Shown here: positions 9,029-17,619 of the stretch, in pieces
How the letters are laid out: every line of letters begins with the position of its first letter
Position numbering within the stretch: the first letter of the stretch is position 1
From: an uncultured Actinomycetota bacterium
Lineage (GTDB): Bacteria > Actinomycetota > Nitriliruptoria > Nitriliruptorales > Nitriliruptoraceae
NCBI GenBank assembly: GCA_964465225.1
Contig: CAYXJD010000002.1
Coordinates: 1 to 41,002 of the forward strand
Reading direction: 5' to 3'
Length of the DNA: 41,002 bases
Translations under genes and position numbers: made by a program
The notes under the pieces: model-generated
Database searches by the model: none
What the model saw: only the letters and a program-made list of their open reading frames with translations
Told to the model about the DNA's origin: nothing

Positions 9029-9425
9029 CGGAGACCTCGTCCGGCACGATCCGGAGCCAGGACACCTCGGTGCTGTCACCGATGGCCCAACTGTCCAACT
9101 CGTCCTCGTAGCGGGCGAGGAGTTCGGGATCGTCGACGACCTCGGCCCGTCCCTGCACCAGCACGCTCCAACCCGTCCCACGTGCCGGGTCATGGTCGTC
9201 GAGCTGGAACGCCACTGGCTTGCCAGCGAGACCGACGTCGAGCTTGCCTCCCGCCACGGTCCGCAGCACCACGGTCGTGCCATCGACCAGGTGGTTGACC
9301 GGCACCACCACGGGCGTGCCAGCTGCCTGGTAGGCCAGCCGACCCAGCGGCCTGCTCCGCAGCAGCGAAAGGCACTGGTTCAGCGGCAGGACCTCGAGGC
9401 CATGACGGTCGGTCAGCTTGGTCAC
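9003..9425 (-). CDS. pyridoxamine 5'-phosphate oxidase (PPOX) family FMN/F420-binding split-barrel protein
   Basis: 140-aa ORF. GTG at 9425 is preceded by AGGAG. The pattern L..eeC..LL....vGRLa......P.v.PVn...dg..vv.rT..G.K......G..VAF..D is typical of the Pyridox_ox_2 family. Confidence 0.75.
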   Translation of the reverse strand: MTKLTDRHGLEVLPLNQCLSLLRSRPLGRLAYQAAGTPVVVPVNHLVDGTTVVLRTVAGGKLDVGLAGKPVAFQLDDHDPARGTGWSVLVQGRAEVVDDPELLARYEDELDSWAIGDSTEVSWLRIVPDEVSGRRLRRSS

Positions 9426-9428
9426 ACT

Positions 9429-9458
9429 GGACTCCTGAACGCCGGACTCCTGAACGTC
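9429..9458. repeat. 15-bp direct repeat x2 that duplicates the SD region of the PPOX-family gene
   Basis: ggactcctgaacgcc / ggactcctgaacgtc. On the minus strand each unit carries CAGGAGTCC. Confidence 0.8.
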
Positions 9459-9520
9459 TCAGCGCAGCGTGCGTGTCCGCGGGCGCCATCGGCAGGGACC
9501 TCTGTCACCGCGCGCCGGGA

Positions 9521-9590
9521 CCGCTGGCAGGACCCGGTGGTGGCAGGACCCGGTACGGGACCCGGTGGTGGCAGGACCCGCTGCCAGCGG
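9521..9590 (-). terminator. large hairpin (10-bp stem, repeat-filled loop) just downstream of the devR-like gene; possible terminator or regulatory structure
   Basis: ccgctggcag (9521-9530) pairs with ctgccagcgg (9581-9590). The ~50-nt loop consists of ggcaggacccggtggt-type repeats. It starts 24 nt after the regulator stop. No U-tract. Confidence 0.35.
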
Positions 9591-9613
9591 GACGTGCCGT
9601 CACCGCGGGGTCC

Positions 9614-10255
9614 TCACTCCTCGCCGTGCTCGACCTGGGTGTAGAAGACCGCCGCCTCGGTCCGCCGCGACATGCCGAGCTTGGAGAGCAGGTTGGAGAC
9701 GTAGTTCTTGACCGTCTTCTCCGCCAGGTGCATCCGCTCCGCGATCTGACGGTTGGTCAGCCCTTCGGCGATCAGCGCCAGGATCTTGCGCTCCTGTTCC
9801 GACAGCGCCTTGAGCCGTGGGTCCTCCTCGTCGCCCCGACGTAGCCGCTCGAGCACCTTGCCGGTCAGCGCTGGGTCGAGCAGCGAGTCCCCGGCGGCGA
9901 CACGCCGTACGGCATCGATCAGGTCGTTGCCGCGGATGTCCTTGAGGAGGTAGCCGGCGGCCCCCGCCATGATGGCGTCGAAGAGCGCTTCGTCGTCACC
10001 GAAGGACGTCAGCATCAGACACGCGATGCGGGGATCGCGGGCCCGGACCTCACGGCAGACCTCGATGCCGTTGCCATCGGGCAGGCGGACATCGAGGACG
10101 GCGACGTCGGGTGCGGTCCGCGCGATCTGCGCCAGCGCCATCCCCGCGGTCGCGGCATCGCCGACGACCTCGATGTCCTCCTCCGCATCCAGCAGATCCT
10201 TGAGCCCGCGTCGGACGACCTCGTGATCATCGACGAGGAACACACGGGTGGACAC
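9614..10255 (-). CDS. devR: NarL/LuxR-family response regulator, DevR/DosR-like
   Basis: REC domain (VFLVDDHEVVRRGL, VAVLDVRLPDGNGIE) plus LuxR HTH (LSEQERKILALIAEGLTNRQIAERMHLAEKTVKNYVSNLLSKLG). Close to colinear with M. tuberculosis DevR as I recall it. GTG start with GGAGG 6 nt upstream. Confidence 0.9.
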   Translation of the reverse strand: MSTRVFLVDDHEVVRRGLKDLLDAEEDIEVVGDAATAGMALAQIARTAPDVAVLDVRLPDGNGIEVCREVRARDPRIACLMLTSFGDDEALFDAIMAGAAGYLLKDIRGNDLIDAVRRVAAGDSLLDPALTGKVLERLRRGDEEDPRLKALSEQERKILALIAEGLTNRQIAERMHLAEKTVKNYVSNLLSKLGMSRRTEAAVFYTQVEHGEE

Positions 10256-10446
10256 GACGGGCCTCCAGAGGGTGCGGTGGGACGAGCGTCGACGACGTCA
10301 GGCTAGTGCCAACCGGCCGTCGGGGCTGCAGGTCACGCAGAAGAAGTGCGCTTCGTGGCGCAGGCGACGGGCCGTCCTCGAGTGTGACAGCTACCGTGCG
10401 GCTGCCCGTCGGAGCCCTTCGGCACGAGCAGGAGCCAGGGAGCAGC

Positions 10447-12099
10447 GTGACCGACCAACACGATGCCGTACCGCACGATGCCCTGCCGCACGATGCCCCG
10501 CGGCACGGTGCCGTACCGCACGATGCGGTGCCGCGTGAGCTCGATGCGCGGGTGGGGCGCCTCCTCGGAGCGGTGCTCACGGTGGCCAGCGATCTGGAGC
10601 TGGAGTCGATGCTCGGGCGCATCGTCCAGGCCGCTTGTGAACTGGTCGACGCTCGTTACGGCGCCCTCGGGGTGATCGGTGAGGAGGGGACCTCACTGGC
10701 GGCCTTCGTGCATCACGGCATGGCACCGGAGGTCGTCCGCGAGATCGGACAGCTCCCGAAGGGCCATGGTGTCCTCGGCCTGCTGGTCTCCCAACCGCAG
10801 ACGATCCGCCTGGAGGACCTGCGCGACCACCCCGATGCCTACGGGTTCCCGCCCGAGCATCCGCCGATGCGCAGTTTCGTCGGTGTGCCGATCCGGGTCG
10901 GCGAGCAGACCTACGGCAACCTCTACCTCACCGAGAAGCAGGGCGCCGACACGTTCAGCGCGCAGGACGAGGAACTGCTGGAGGGCCTGGCCGCGGTCGC
11001 CGGCGCCGCCATCGCGAACGCGCGGCTGTACGAGGAAGCCCGGCGCCGCGAGCGGTGGCGGGAGGCGATCGGCGAGGTCGCCACAGCGGTCCTGGACGGC
11101 GAGTCGCCGCAACTGGTGCGCCACCGGGTGGCCACCGGCGCGGCCGAGCTCCTCGACGCCCAGGGCGCCTGCCTGGTGGAGGAGCACGACGAGGGGTTGT
11201 GGGTGCTGGCAACCGCGGGACAGGCCCCCAGCGAGGGGTTCTTGGACCTGCCGGACGCTCCCATGGCCACCACCCTGGAGCACGGCGAGGCCCTGCGGTT
11301 GGAGTACGACCCCGTGTGTGGCCGGGCGGCGGTGTGGGCACCGGTCACCGTCGCGGGCGAGGTCGAGGTCGCTATCGGCGTCGGCCGGGACACACCGTTC
11401 AGCTCGAAGGAGCAGGATGCTCTGGTCTCCTTCGCCTCGCAGGTCAACGTGGCGTGGAGCTTCGAGCGCGCGCAGGCGCAGGTGCAGCACCTGTCACTGA
11501 TCGCCGATCGCGAGCGCATCGGTCGGGATCTCCACGACACGGTGATCCAGCGGCTCTTCGCTACCGGTCTGTCGCTCCAGGCGGCGCAACGACGGTTGAC
11601 GGACCAGCCGGAGGTCGGCGAACGGCTCGAGCGGGCGGTGGACGACATCGACAGCACCGTGCGCGAGATCCGCGCGACGATCTTCGCCCTGCAGTCGTCC
11701 GGCTCGGCTCAGCGCGGTGTTCGGGCGCAGGTGCTCGAGATCGTCGAGGAGCTGGCCGATCTGCTCCCGAGGGCCCCCAGGGTCCGTTTCGACGGCCCCA
11801 TCGACACCGTCGTCGGGCCCAGGGTCGGTGATCAGCTCCTCCCCGTGGTCCGCGAGGCGCTGACCAACGTCGCCAAGCACGCTGAGGCGACCGACGTCGA
11901 ACTGGAGCTCGCCGCCGATCACGCCGGGGTGCGGCTACGGGTCGCCGACGATGGCCGGGGCATGGGGCGCCATCCCGGCCGTGGTTTCGGCCTCGAGAAC
12001 CTAGGTGAGCGTGCCGAGCGCCTGGGCGGCTCCTTCGAGGTCGTCTCAGCGGGACCCGACGGGGGCACGGTGGTGATCTGGTCCGTTCCGGGTAGCTGA
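10447..12099 (+). CDS. devS: tandem-GAF sensor histidine kinase, DevS/DosS/DosT-like
   Basis: GAF-A strongly resembles the DosS heme GAF (ELVDARYGALGV, GFPPEHPPMRSFVGVPIRV, YGNLYLTEK). A second GAF follows, then HisKA_3 (RERIGRDLHDTVIQ) and HATPase_c (NVAKHA, DDGRGM). The track start at 10306 is replaced by GTG 10447, which has GGGAG 6 nt upstream. Confidence 0.88.
   Translation: MTDQHDAVPHDALPHDAPRHGAVPHDAVPRELDARVGRLLGAVLTVASDLELESMLGRIVQAACELVDARYGALGVIGEEGTSLAAFVHHGMAPEVVREIGQLPKGHGVLGLLVSQPQTIRLEDLRDHPDAYGFPPEHPPMRSFVGVPIRVGEQTYGNLYLTEKQGADTFSAQDEELLEGLAAVAGAAIANARLYEEARRRERWREAIGEVATAVLDGESPQLVRHRVATGAAELLDAQGACLVEEHDEGLWVLATAGQAPSEGFLDLPDAPMATTLEHGEALRLEYDPVCGRAAVWAPVTVAGEVEVAIGVGRDTPFSSKEQDALVSFASQVNVAWSFERAQAQVQHLSLIADRERIGRDLHDTVIQRLFATGLSLQAAQRRLTDQPEVGERLERAVDDIDSTVREIRATIFALQSSGSAQRGVRAQVLEIVEELADLLPRAPRVRFDGPIDTVVGPRVGDQLLPVVREALTNVAKHAEATDVELELAADHAGVRLRVADDGRGMGRHPGRGFGLENLGERAERLGGSFEVVSAGPDGGTVVIWSVPGS
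10459..10533 (+). repeat. 15-bp in-frame tandem repeat x5 at the kinase N-terminus
   Basis: Units are cacgatgccgtaccg / cacgatgccctgccg / cacgatgccccgcgg / cacggtgccgtaccg / cacgatgcggtgccg. They encode HDAVP-HDALP-HDAPR-HGAVP-HDAVP. Confidence 0.9.
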
Positions 12100-12603
12100 G
12101 GCACCCGGCTCCGGGGACGCTGGGCCATCATCGAGCAGGAGCGCTTCGCCCGCCAGACGTGCCGTGATCTCCTCGAGGAACCGCTCCACCGTGGTCAGGG
12201 CGAGCCGGTGCAGGCCGACCGCGTCGACGGCCCCCCCGAGGGCGCCCCCCGGCGGGCGGTACCGGGCATCCAGCAGCAGGGTGGTCCGACCTCCCGACTG
12301 GGCGTGCAGACCGAGCTCCCCGTCGAGGCTCGGGAGCAGCCGGTCCACCGGCGCTGGCTCGCCGGCCTCGGAGATGGGGTCCCAGCTGAGCGTGCGCCAC
12401 CGTGTCTGACCGGCCCGCCATGGGGCACCGACCGTGGCGCGCACGGTCCGGGTCAGCGACCCTGCCCGCAGGGCCAGCACGAAGTTCTCCGGCCCATCAC
12501 GGCGAGCGCCAGGTAGCCAGCGGGCCGGATCACCATCGAACGCGGTCGCGAGCGCGACCGGATCGCCGACCACCGGCAGGAACGTCCGCACGGATCTGGG
12601 CAC
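12046..12603 (-). CDS. hypothetical protein, possibly SRPBCC/START-like fold
   Basis: 185-aa ORF with GTG at 12603 preceded by a strong AGGAGG. The N-terminal pattern (..v.v.gdP..v...f.gdP..WlP) resembles SRPBCC proteins. Its 3' end overlaps the convergent kinase gene by 54 nt. Confidence 0.55.
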   Translation of the reverse strand: MPRSVRTFLPVVGDPVALATAFDGDPARWLPGARRDGPENFVLALRAGSLTRTVRATVGAPWRAGQTRWRTLSWDPISEAGEPAPVDRLLPSLDGELGLHAQSGGRTTLLLDARYRPPGGALGGAVDAVGLHRLALTTVERFLEEITARLAGEALLLDDGPASPEPGASATRNGPDHHRAPVGSR

Positions 12604-12739
12604 GGTCTCGACCTCCTATGTAGCTGCACGGTACGACCCACCGACGACGCCGTTCCAGGGCAAGAGGTCCCGGCCGCCTCGGGCATCGTGACCACGATCG
12701 CCCGTGCTGGTCTGCCCCCCACGCAGGTGGTGGGGACCA

Positions 12740-15481
12740 TCAGCCCGTGTTCCGCAGCCCGGCCGCGATGCCGTTGGTCGCAACGAGCACGGCCGCTCGT
12801 AGGGCTGCGGACTCCGGGGCCGCTTCGGGGTGCCGCAGCCGCTCCAGGAGCGCCACCTGGACGGCGTGGAGGGGGTCGAGGTAGGGATCGCGCAGTCGGA
12901 GGAGCTCGGCGAGATCCGGATCGTGCGACAGCAGGTGCGCCCGTCCTGTCAGCCGCTGGAGCGCCGAGGTGGTCCGTTCGTGCTCGGCCACGATCCTCGG
13001 CAGCACCGCCTCCCGCACCTGCGGCCGGGCGAGGCGTGCGTAGTTCCGAGCGATCCGCAGGTCCGACTTGGCGAGCGCCATGCCGACGTTGTCGAGGGTG
13101 ACCGTCAGTAGGGGGCTGACGGAGACCAGTTCGGCGAGCTCCTCCCAGCGGCCGTCGTCGCCGTCGGCCCAGGCGTGGAAGGCCGCACCGACCCCGTACC
13201 AGGCCGGCAGCAGGAGACGGCTCTGGGTCCATGCGAACCCCCAGGGGATGGCACGCAGCTCCTCGAGTCCGCTCCCCGACCGGCGACGAGCCGGGCGTGA
13301 GGCGATGTTCAGCTCGCCGATGGCGTCCAGCGGAGTGGCTTCGTGGAGGTACTCGACCAGTTCCGGGGTGTCGTGGACCAGTTCCCGGTAGGCCTGCCTG
13401 GCCAACGCCGCGAGCTCGTCCATGACCTCGTCACCCCGAGCGGTCGTCCGCGGTCGCCGGGCCGGTCGAGCGGTCAGGAGCACCGCGTGGATCACCTGCT
13501 CGAGGTGGCGATGAGCCAGGGCGGGATCGCGGTAGCGGGCGGCGATCACCTCGCCCTGCTCGGTCAGCTTCAGCCGACCGCGGACGGATTCCGGCGGCTG
13601 TGCGCGGATCGCGGCGTTGGCGGGACCACCACCTCGGCCGATGGAGCCACCGCGCCCGTGGAACAGGGTCAGGGCCACCCCGTGCCGGGCGGTCACCTCC
13701 GCGATCGCACGCTGTGCACGCTGCAGCTGCCAGGTCGCGGTCAGGTAGCCGCCATCCTTGTTGGAATCGCTGTAGCCGATCATCACCTGCTGATGGTCGC
13801 CGCGCCGGCGCAGGTGCTCGCGGTACTCGGGGTGGGAGAGCAGCGTGGCCAGCAGCTCGGCTGCTCGATCGAGGTCGTCCACGGTCTCCAGGAGGGGCAC
13901 CACGTCCAGACCGTCGGCACAGCCGGCGTCCCGGGCCAGCAGCAGCACACCGAGCACGTCCGAGGCCTGCCGGGTCATGGAGATGATGTAGGTGTCGATG
14001 GCCTGGGACCCCAGTCGCTCGTGCGCCCGACGGATCAGCCGGAAGACCTCCAAGGTCCGGTCGGTGTCGGTCCCGAGGTCGAGGATGTGGGGCGTCAGCG
14101 GTCGGGCCCGCGCCAGTTCTCCGGTCAGCAGCGCGAGTCGCTCCGGCTCCGTCAGCGCCGGGTAGTCGTCGGCGAGGCCGTACCGGGCGAACACCGTTGC
14201 CAGGGCGGCGATGTGCCGATCCGCGTGTTCCCGCAGGTCCAGGGTGAGCAGGTGGAAGCCGAACACCTCGGCCTGCACCTGCAGGTCGCGGACCCGACCG
14301 TCGGCGATGCGTCCGGCCCCGACCGCGGTCAGGCTGTCGCGCAGCAGCTGCAGGTCCGCGACGAAGTCCGCGGCGCTGGCGTAGGCGGCAGGGTCGACGT
14401 GGTGGTCGGCCCGCCAGGGGTGGGCGGCCCGTTCCTCGGTGATCCGCAGGGACCGGTAGGTCAGGGCGAGGAACTGGCGGTGCGGTTGGGCCGGGTAGCG
14501 CGCCTGCAGGGCAGCCGCATCATCGGGCAGCACCTCGGACAGCTCGGCGAACCGGGCGGTGAGCTCCGGTGTCGTCCCCCGGGAGGCGGAGACGGACAGG
14601 TGGGCGTGCATCCGGTCGATCGAGCGCCGGAGGAGCCGGATCGCCAGCAACTGCTGCTCCCGTAGCGTCTGCTCGGTGACCTCGGGGGTGACGTTGGGGT
14701 TGCCATCCCGGTCGCCACCGATCCAAGAGCCGAAGGTGAGGAAGCGCGTGGTCGGCGGATCCAGTTGCGGGTAGGCAGCGGTCACGGCCTCGGCGAGTTC
14801 CCGGTACAGCCGAGGTGTGAGGTCGAACAGGACCGCGTCGATCCAGTACAGGCCGTTGCGCACCTCGTCGATGACCGAGGGGGCCCGTGACCGGGTCTCG
14901 TCGGTCATCCACAGGGAGGTGATCTCCTCCTGCAGGTAGCGGTGCAGTTCGGCCGTCACCTCGGGCGATGAGGTCTCGTGGTCCAGCCGTCGCAGCGCGG
15001 TGGAGATCCGGTCGAGCTTGGTGAGCACGGTGCGCCGCTTCGATTCGGTGGGATGGGCGGTCAGCACCGGCCGGATCCTGACCTCCGCGAGCAGCTGCGC
15101 GAACTGGGTGGGCGCCACTCCACGCTCCGCCAGCCGGTGCGTGGCGGCAGCGATGGTCTCGGCCATGCCGGTACCGCTGGCGTGCGCCGCCTGCCGGTCC
15201 TGGATCAGCTGGCGCACCCGCGCCTGATCCTCGGCGAGGTTGATGAGGTGGAACCAGGCGGCGAAGGCCGAGACGACGATCATCGCTTCCTCGGCCGGCA
15301 CCTCGCGCAGGAGCTCGAGCACCTCGGCCCTGGCCTGGTCGTCACCGGCGCGGCTCGCGATGGCCAGCGACCGCACCTGCTCGACCAGGGCCAGCTCGTC
15401 CGGACCCTCCACCTCGCTGATCGCCTCTCCCAACAGATCGCCCAGCAGACGGACCTGGGTGCTGGTCGCTTCACGGTCCAC
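12740..15481 (-). CDS. ppc: phosphoenolpyruvate carboxylase
   Basis: 913-aa ORF with VLTAHPTE, GYSDSNKDGG, FHGRGGSIGRGGGP and the C-terminal ..GLRNTG signature. Confidence 0.95.
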   Translation of the reverse strand: MDREATSTQVRLLGDLLGEAISEVEGPDELALVEQVRSLAIASRAGDDQARAEVLELLREVPAEEAMIVVSAFAAWFHLINLAEDQARVRQLIQDRQAAHASGTGMAETIAAATHRLAERGVAPTQFAQLLAEVRIRPVLTAHPTESKRRTVLTKLDRISTALRRLDHETSSPEVTAELHRYLQEEITSLWMTDETRSRAPSVIDEVRNGLYWIDAVLFDLTPRLYRELAEAVTAAYPQLDPPTTRFLTFGSWIGGDRDGNPNVTPEVTEQTLREQQLLAIRLLRRSIDRMHAHLSVSASRGTTPELTARFAELSEVLPDDAAALQARYPAQPHRQFLALTYRSLRITEERAAHPWRADHHVDPAAYASAADFVADLQLLRDSLTAVGAGRIADGRVRDLQVQAEVFGFHLLTLDLREHADRHIAALATVFARYGLADDYPALTEPERLALLTGELARARPLTPHILDLGTDTDRTLEVFRLIRRAHERLGSQAIDTYIISMTRQASDVLGVLLLARDAGCADGLDVVPLLETVDDLDRAAELLATLLSHPEYREHLRRRGDHQQVMIGYSDSNKDGGYLTATWQLQRAQRAIAEVTARHGVALTLFHGRGGSIGRGGGPANAAIRAQPPESVRGRLKLTEQGEVIAARYRDPALAHRHLEQVIHAVLLTARPARRPRTTARGDEVMDELAALARQAYRELVHDTPELVEYLHEATPLDAIGELNIASRPARRRSGSGLEELRAIPWGFAWTQSRLLLPAWYGVGAAFHAWADGDDGRWEELAELVSVSPLLTVTLDNVGMALAKSDLRIARNYARLARPQVREAVLPRIVAEHERTTSALQRLTGRAHLLSHDPDLAELLRLRDPYLDPLHAVQVALLERLRHPEAAPESAALRAAVLVATNGIAAGLRNTG

Positions 15482-15619
15482 GGTGGTGCCTTCCGGCTCG
15501 TCGTGTCGAGGGGGGCGGACGCGGCGGGCCGGAGGCTACGGCGGGCGAGCCCGCCCGTCAGGAGCGCTCGCCACGGGCCCGGGCCGCCCCGGGGGGTCGG
15601 CGCGGGTAGCGTTCCGCAG

Positions 15620-16174
15620 GTGCTCACCCTCCACCACGACATCACCTCCCCGGCGGCCGCGGTCGCGGTCCTGCGTCTGCAGGCCATGGTGGACGCCGGG
15701 GCCTCGGTGCGCTTCTCGCCGCTGGACGTGCTCGGTCTGGAGATCGACGTCCCACCGACCAGGCGCCTGCTCGAGGAACTGTCCGCGTACGCCGAGCGTG
15801 CTGGCGAGCTCGGACTGGCCATGCGGCGTCCCAGCCGTCAGCCGCCCACGCTGCGCGCCCACGTCGTCGGCGAGGTGGCCGAAGCCGCTGGGCTCGGGGC
15901 CTCGTGGCGGTGGACGTGTCTGCGCGCCTACTGGGGCAAGGACCGTGACCTGCTCGACGAGGCCACCCTCGTGGAGCTGGCGGTCGCAGCGGGGCTCGAG
16001 GCGGCCCCGGTCCGCCAGGCTCTCGGTGACCGCCTCCGGGTGCATTCCCTCCGCGATCGGATGCTCCAACAGCGTCGTCGGGGGCTCGGTGGCGTGCCGG
16101 TGCTGGAGTTCGACGGCACGTTCGTCCCGGCGGACCTCGCGGACGAGGATCTGCGCCGGCTCGTGGGCCTGTGA
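15620..16174 (+). CDS. DsbA/FrnE-like thioredoxin-fold protein lacking the CxxC active site
   Basis: Track ORF 14978..16174 overlaps ppc antisense, so I use GTG 15620 (VLTLHHDITSPAAA..). Layout matches FrnE/DsbA-family proteins (..AH..g..a...G......e.l..AYw..g.dl.d...L..la...Gl.., GVPvlef). SPAA stands where CPWC is expected. No clear SD. Confidence 0.6.
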   Translation: MLTLHHDITSPAAAVAVLRLQAMVDAGASVRFSPLDVLGLEIDVPPTRRLLEELSAYAERAGELGLAMRRPSRQPPTLRAHVVGEVAEAAGLGASWRWTCLRAYWGKDRDLLDEATLVELAVAAGLEAAPVRQALGDRLRVHSLRDRMLQQRRRGLGGVPVLEFDGTFVPADLADEDLRRLVGL

Positions 16175-17139
16175 GCGTCCCCGCGCGTCCGCCGACGACC
16201 ACCGTGGCACAGGCCCGGGTGGTCGAGGAGGTGCTGGCCTGGGGCCGTCCGCGTCCGCCGGCGCCGGGCGGGCTGGCCGATGCGCTCGCGCAGCGCCTCG
16301 ACGCTGCCATCACCGCCGGCGCCGGGCAGGCGGGTGCGTCGCCGGCGGGTCGACGTGTGCTCGCGGTCCGGGCACTCGTCGCCGAGCTGACCCCGCACGG
16401 CCCACCGGCCCACGATCGGGCCACCGTGCGCGGCATCCTGCTCGGCCGGAGCTTCGCCCGCGACGTGGAAGCCCGGCACCTCGGGCCGGCGGAGGCGATC
16501 GTGACCTCGGTCGCCGACGAGCTCGCGGCCGAGCGTCCGGCCGATCCCGCTTCGGCCTCGGCATGGTGGAACACCGCTGACCACACCGTGCGCGTAGGCC
16601 TGCTCACCGAGATCAGCGACGTGCTGAGCGACGTCCGGCTGCTGTGGCCACCGTTACCGGAGCGCCACCTCGACGTCCGGGTCCGTCCCCAGCTGCGAGC
16701 GGCGGTGGCCGGCGGACGGGTCCTGCTTGCGGCACGGCCCGACCTGGTCCTCGACAGTCCACGACGTGATGCCCGAGCGCGAGCGGTGGTCATCGTGACG
16801 CGGACCGGGATGCCACGACCGCTGCAGGATCGCGCGTTGACCCGGGCCACCGCGCTGGTGCAGACCCTCGCGGCCGGCCGCCCACCGTTCCGCTGGGTCG
16901 TCCTGCACCTGACCGACGGTCGCCTCGAGGTGGAGGAGCTCGACCCGGACGTGCTCATGGACACGGCGGACAGCGTCGGGGCGCAGGCGGCCCGCGCGCT
17001 GGCGAGCACGGTGCCGGGGCGACGCGGGGGCCACGGCGAGGACGGCCATGGCGGCGGGCGCCAGGGTGAGACCGACCACGGTGAGCATGGTCGGAGCCAG
17101 GGCGGCCGTGGCGCTGCGGGCCGTGGAGCGCAGACGTGA
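16171..17139 (+). CDS. hypothetical protein (322 aa) with weak PD-(D/E)xK/RecB-like motif resemblance
   Basis: GTG start overlaps the previous stop (GTGA at 16171-16174). The segment GRVLLAARPDLVLD...ARAVVIVTRTG resembles the RecB/Cas4 motif pair (G.iD.v ... hhhhDYKTG), but VTR replaces DYK. The C-terminal ~45 aa are G/H/R-rich low complexity. Confidence 0.55.
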   Translation: MSVPARPPTTTVAQARVVEEVLAWGRPRPPAPGGLADALAQRLDAAITAGAGQAGASPAGRRVLAVRALVAELTPHGPPAHDRATVRGILLGRSFARDVEARHLGPAEAIVTSVADELAAERPADPASASAWWNTADHTVRVGLLTEISDVLSDVRLLWPPLPERHLDVRVRPQLRAAVAGGRVLLAARPDLVLDSPRRDARARAVVIVTRTGMPRPLQDRALTRATALVQTLAAGRPPFRWVVLHLTDGRLEVEELDPDVLMDTADSVGAQAARALASTVPGRRGGHGEDGHGGGRQGETDHGEHGRSQGGRGAAGRGAQT

Positions 17140-17609
17140 ACGAGGGCGATGGCCAGGAACGCCCCGACCCCTCACCAGAGGAGCCGTCGAGCCCGCCGGC
17201 ACGTGTCTTCCGCACCCCCCTGCGTGGTCATGCCTTCGCCGGGCCGACGCCCCTGGAGGCGCTGGCCCCCGGACGCGCCGCCCGACTGGTCCGCGAACCC
17301 GACAATCCAGCCGACACGCTGGCCGTCGCGGTCTGGGTCGACGACGACGAGCAGCGCCCGTGGCGCATCGGCTACCTCGACCGCACGGTGGCCGCTCGAC
17401 TCGCCCCGCGTCTCGATGCCGGGACCGAGGTCACCGCCACCATCGAGGGATGGCTCCAGGAGCCCGGTGGCCGTTGGGAGCGGCCCCTGCTGCTGCTTGA
17501 GGTCGCCGCCGGTCCCCCCGCTGCCGGTGAGCCGGCGCAGACGCTCCACGCCGAGGTGTGGGGTCGGCTACCGGGAGTGCGGCGTCGCCGGCTCGGGGGA
17601 CCGCGGTGA
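17136..17609 (+). CDS. stand-alone HIRAN domain protein
   Basis: GTG overlaps the previous stop (GTGA at 17136-17139). HIRAN signature: F.TPLRGHAFAG....L.PG..A.LVREPDNPADTLAVAVW......IGYLDRTVAARLAPRLDAG. Confidence 0.7.
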   Translation: MNEGDGQERPDPSPEEPSSPPARVFRTPLRGHAFAGPTPLEALAPGRAARLVREPDNPADTLAVAVWVDDDEQRPWRIGYLDRTVAARLAPRLDAGTEVTATIEGWLQEPGGRWERPLLLLEVAAGPPAAGEPAQTLHAEVWGRLPGVRRRRLGGPR

Positions 17610-17619
17610 GTTCCGCCGG

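Noticed and set aside
14978-15619. Upstream extension of the DsbA-like ORF
   Set aside because: It overlaps the ppc coding region antisense and the ppc promoter region. DsbA/FrnE homology only starts at VLTLHHD (15620).
15642-17009. 455-aa minus-strand ORF and several other 150-440-aa shadow ORFs (for example 13343..14665 +, 5738..7147 +, 1806..2966 +)
   Set aside because: All lie antisense or out of frame to genes with clear family signatures and have the Arg/Gly/Pro-heavy composition of non-coding frames in GC-rich DNA.
16950-17202. Minus-strand ORF 16654..17202 with a TM-like stretch (ALAPTMLTVVGLTLAPAAMAVLAVAPA) opposite the odd G/H/R-rich tail of the 322-aa protein
   Set aside because: The rest of that ORF is antisense junk overlapping two plus-strand genes joined by a GTGA overlap. 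It is kept only as a caveat that the C-terminus of CDS 16171..17139 is uncertain.
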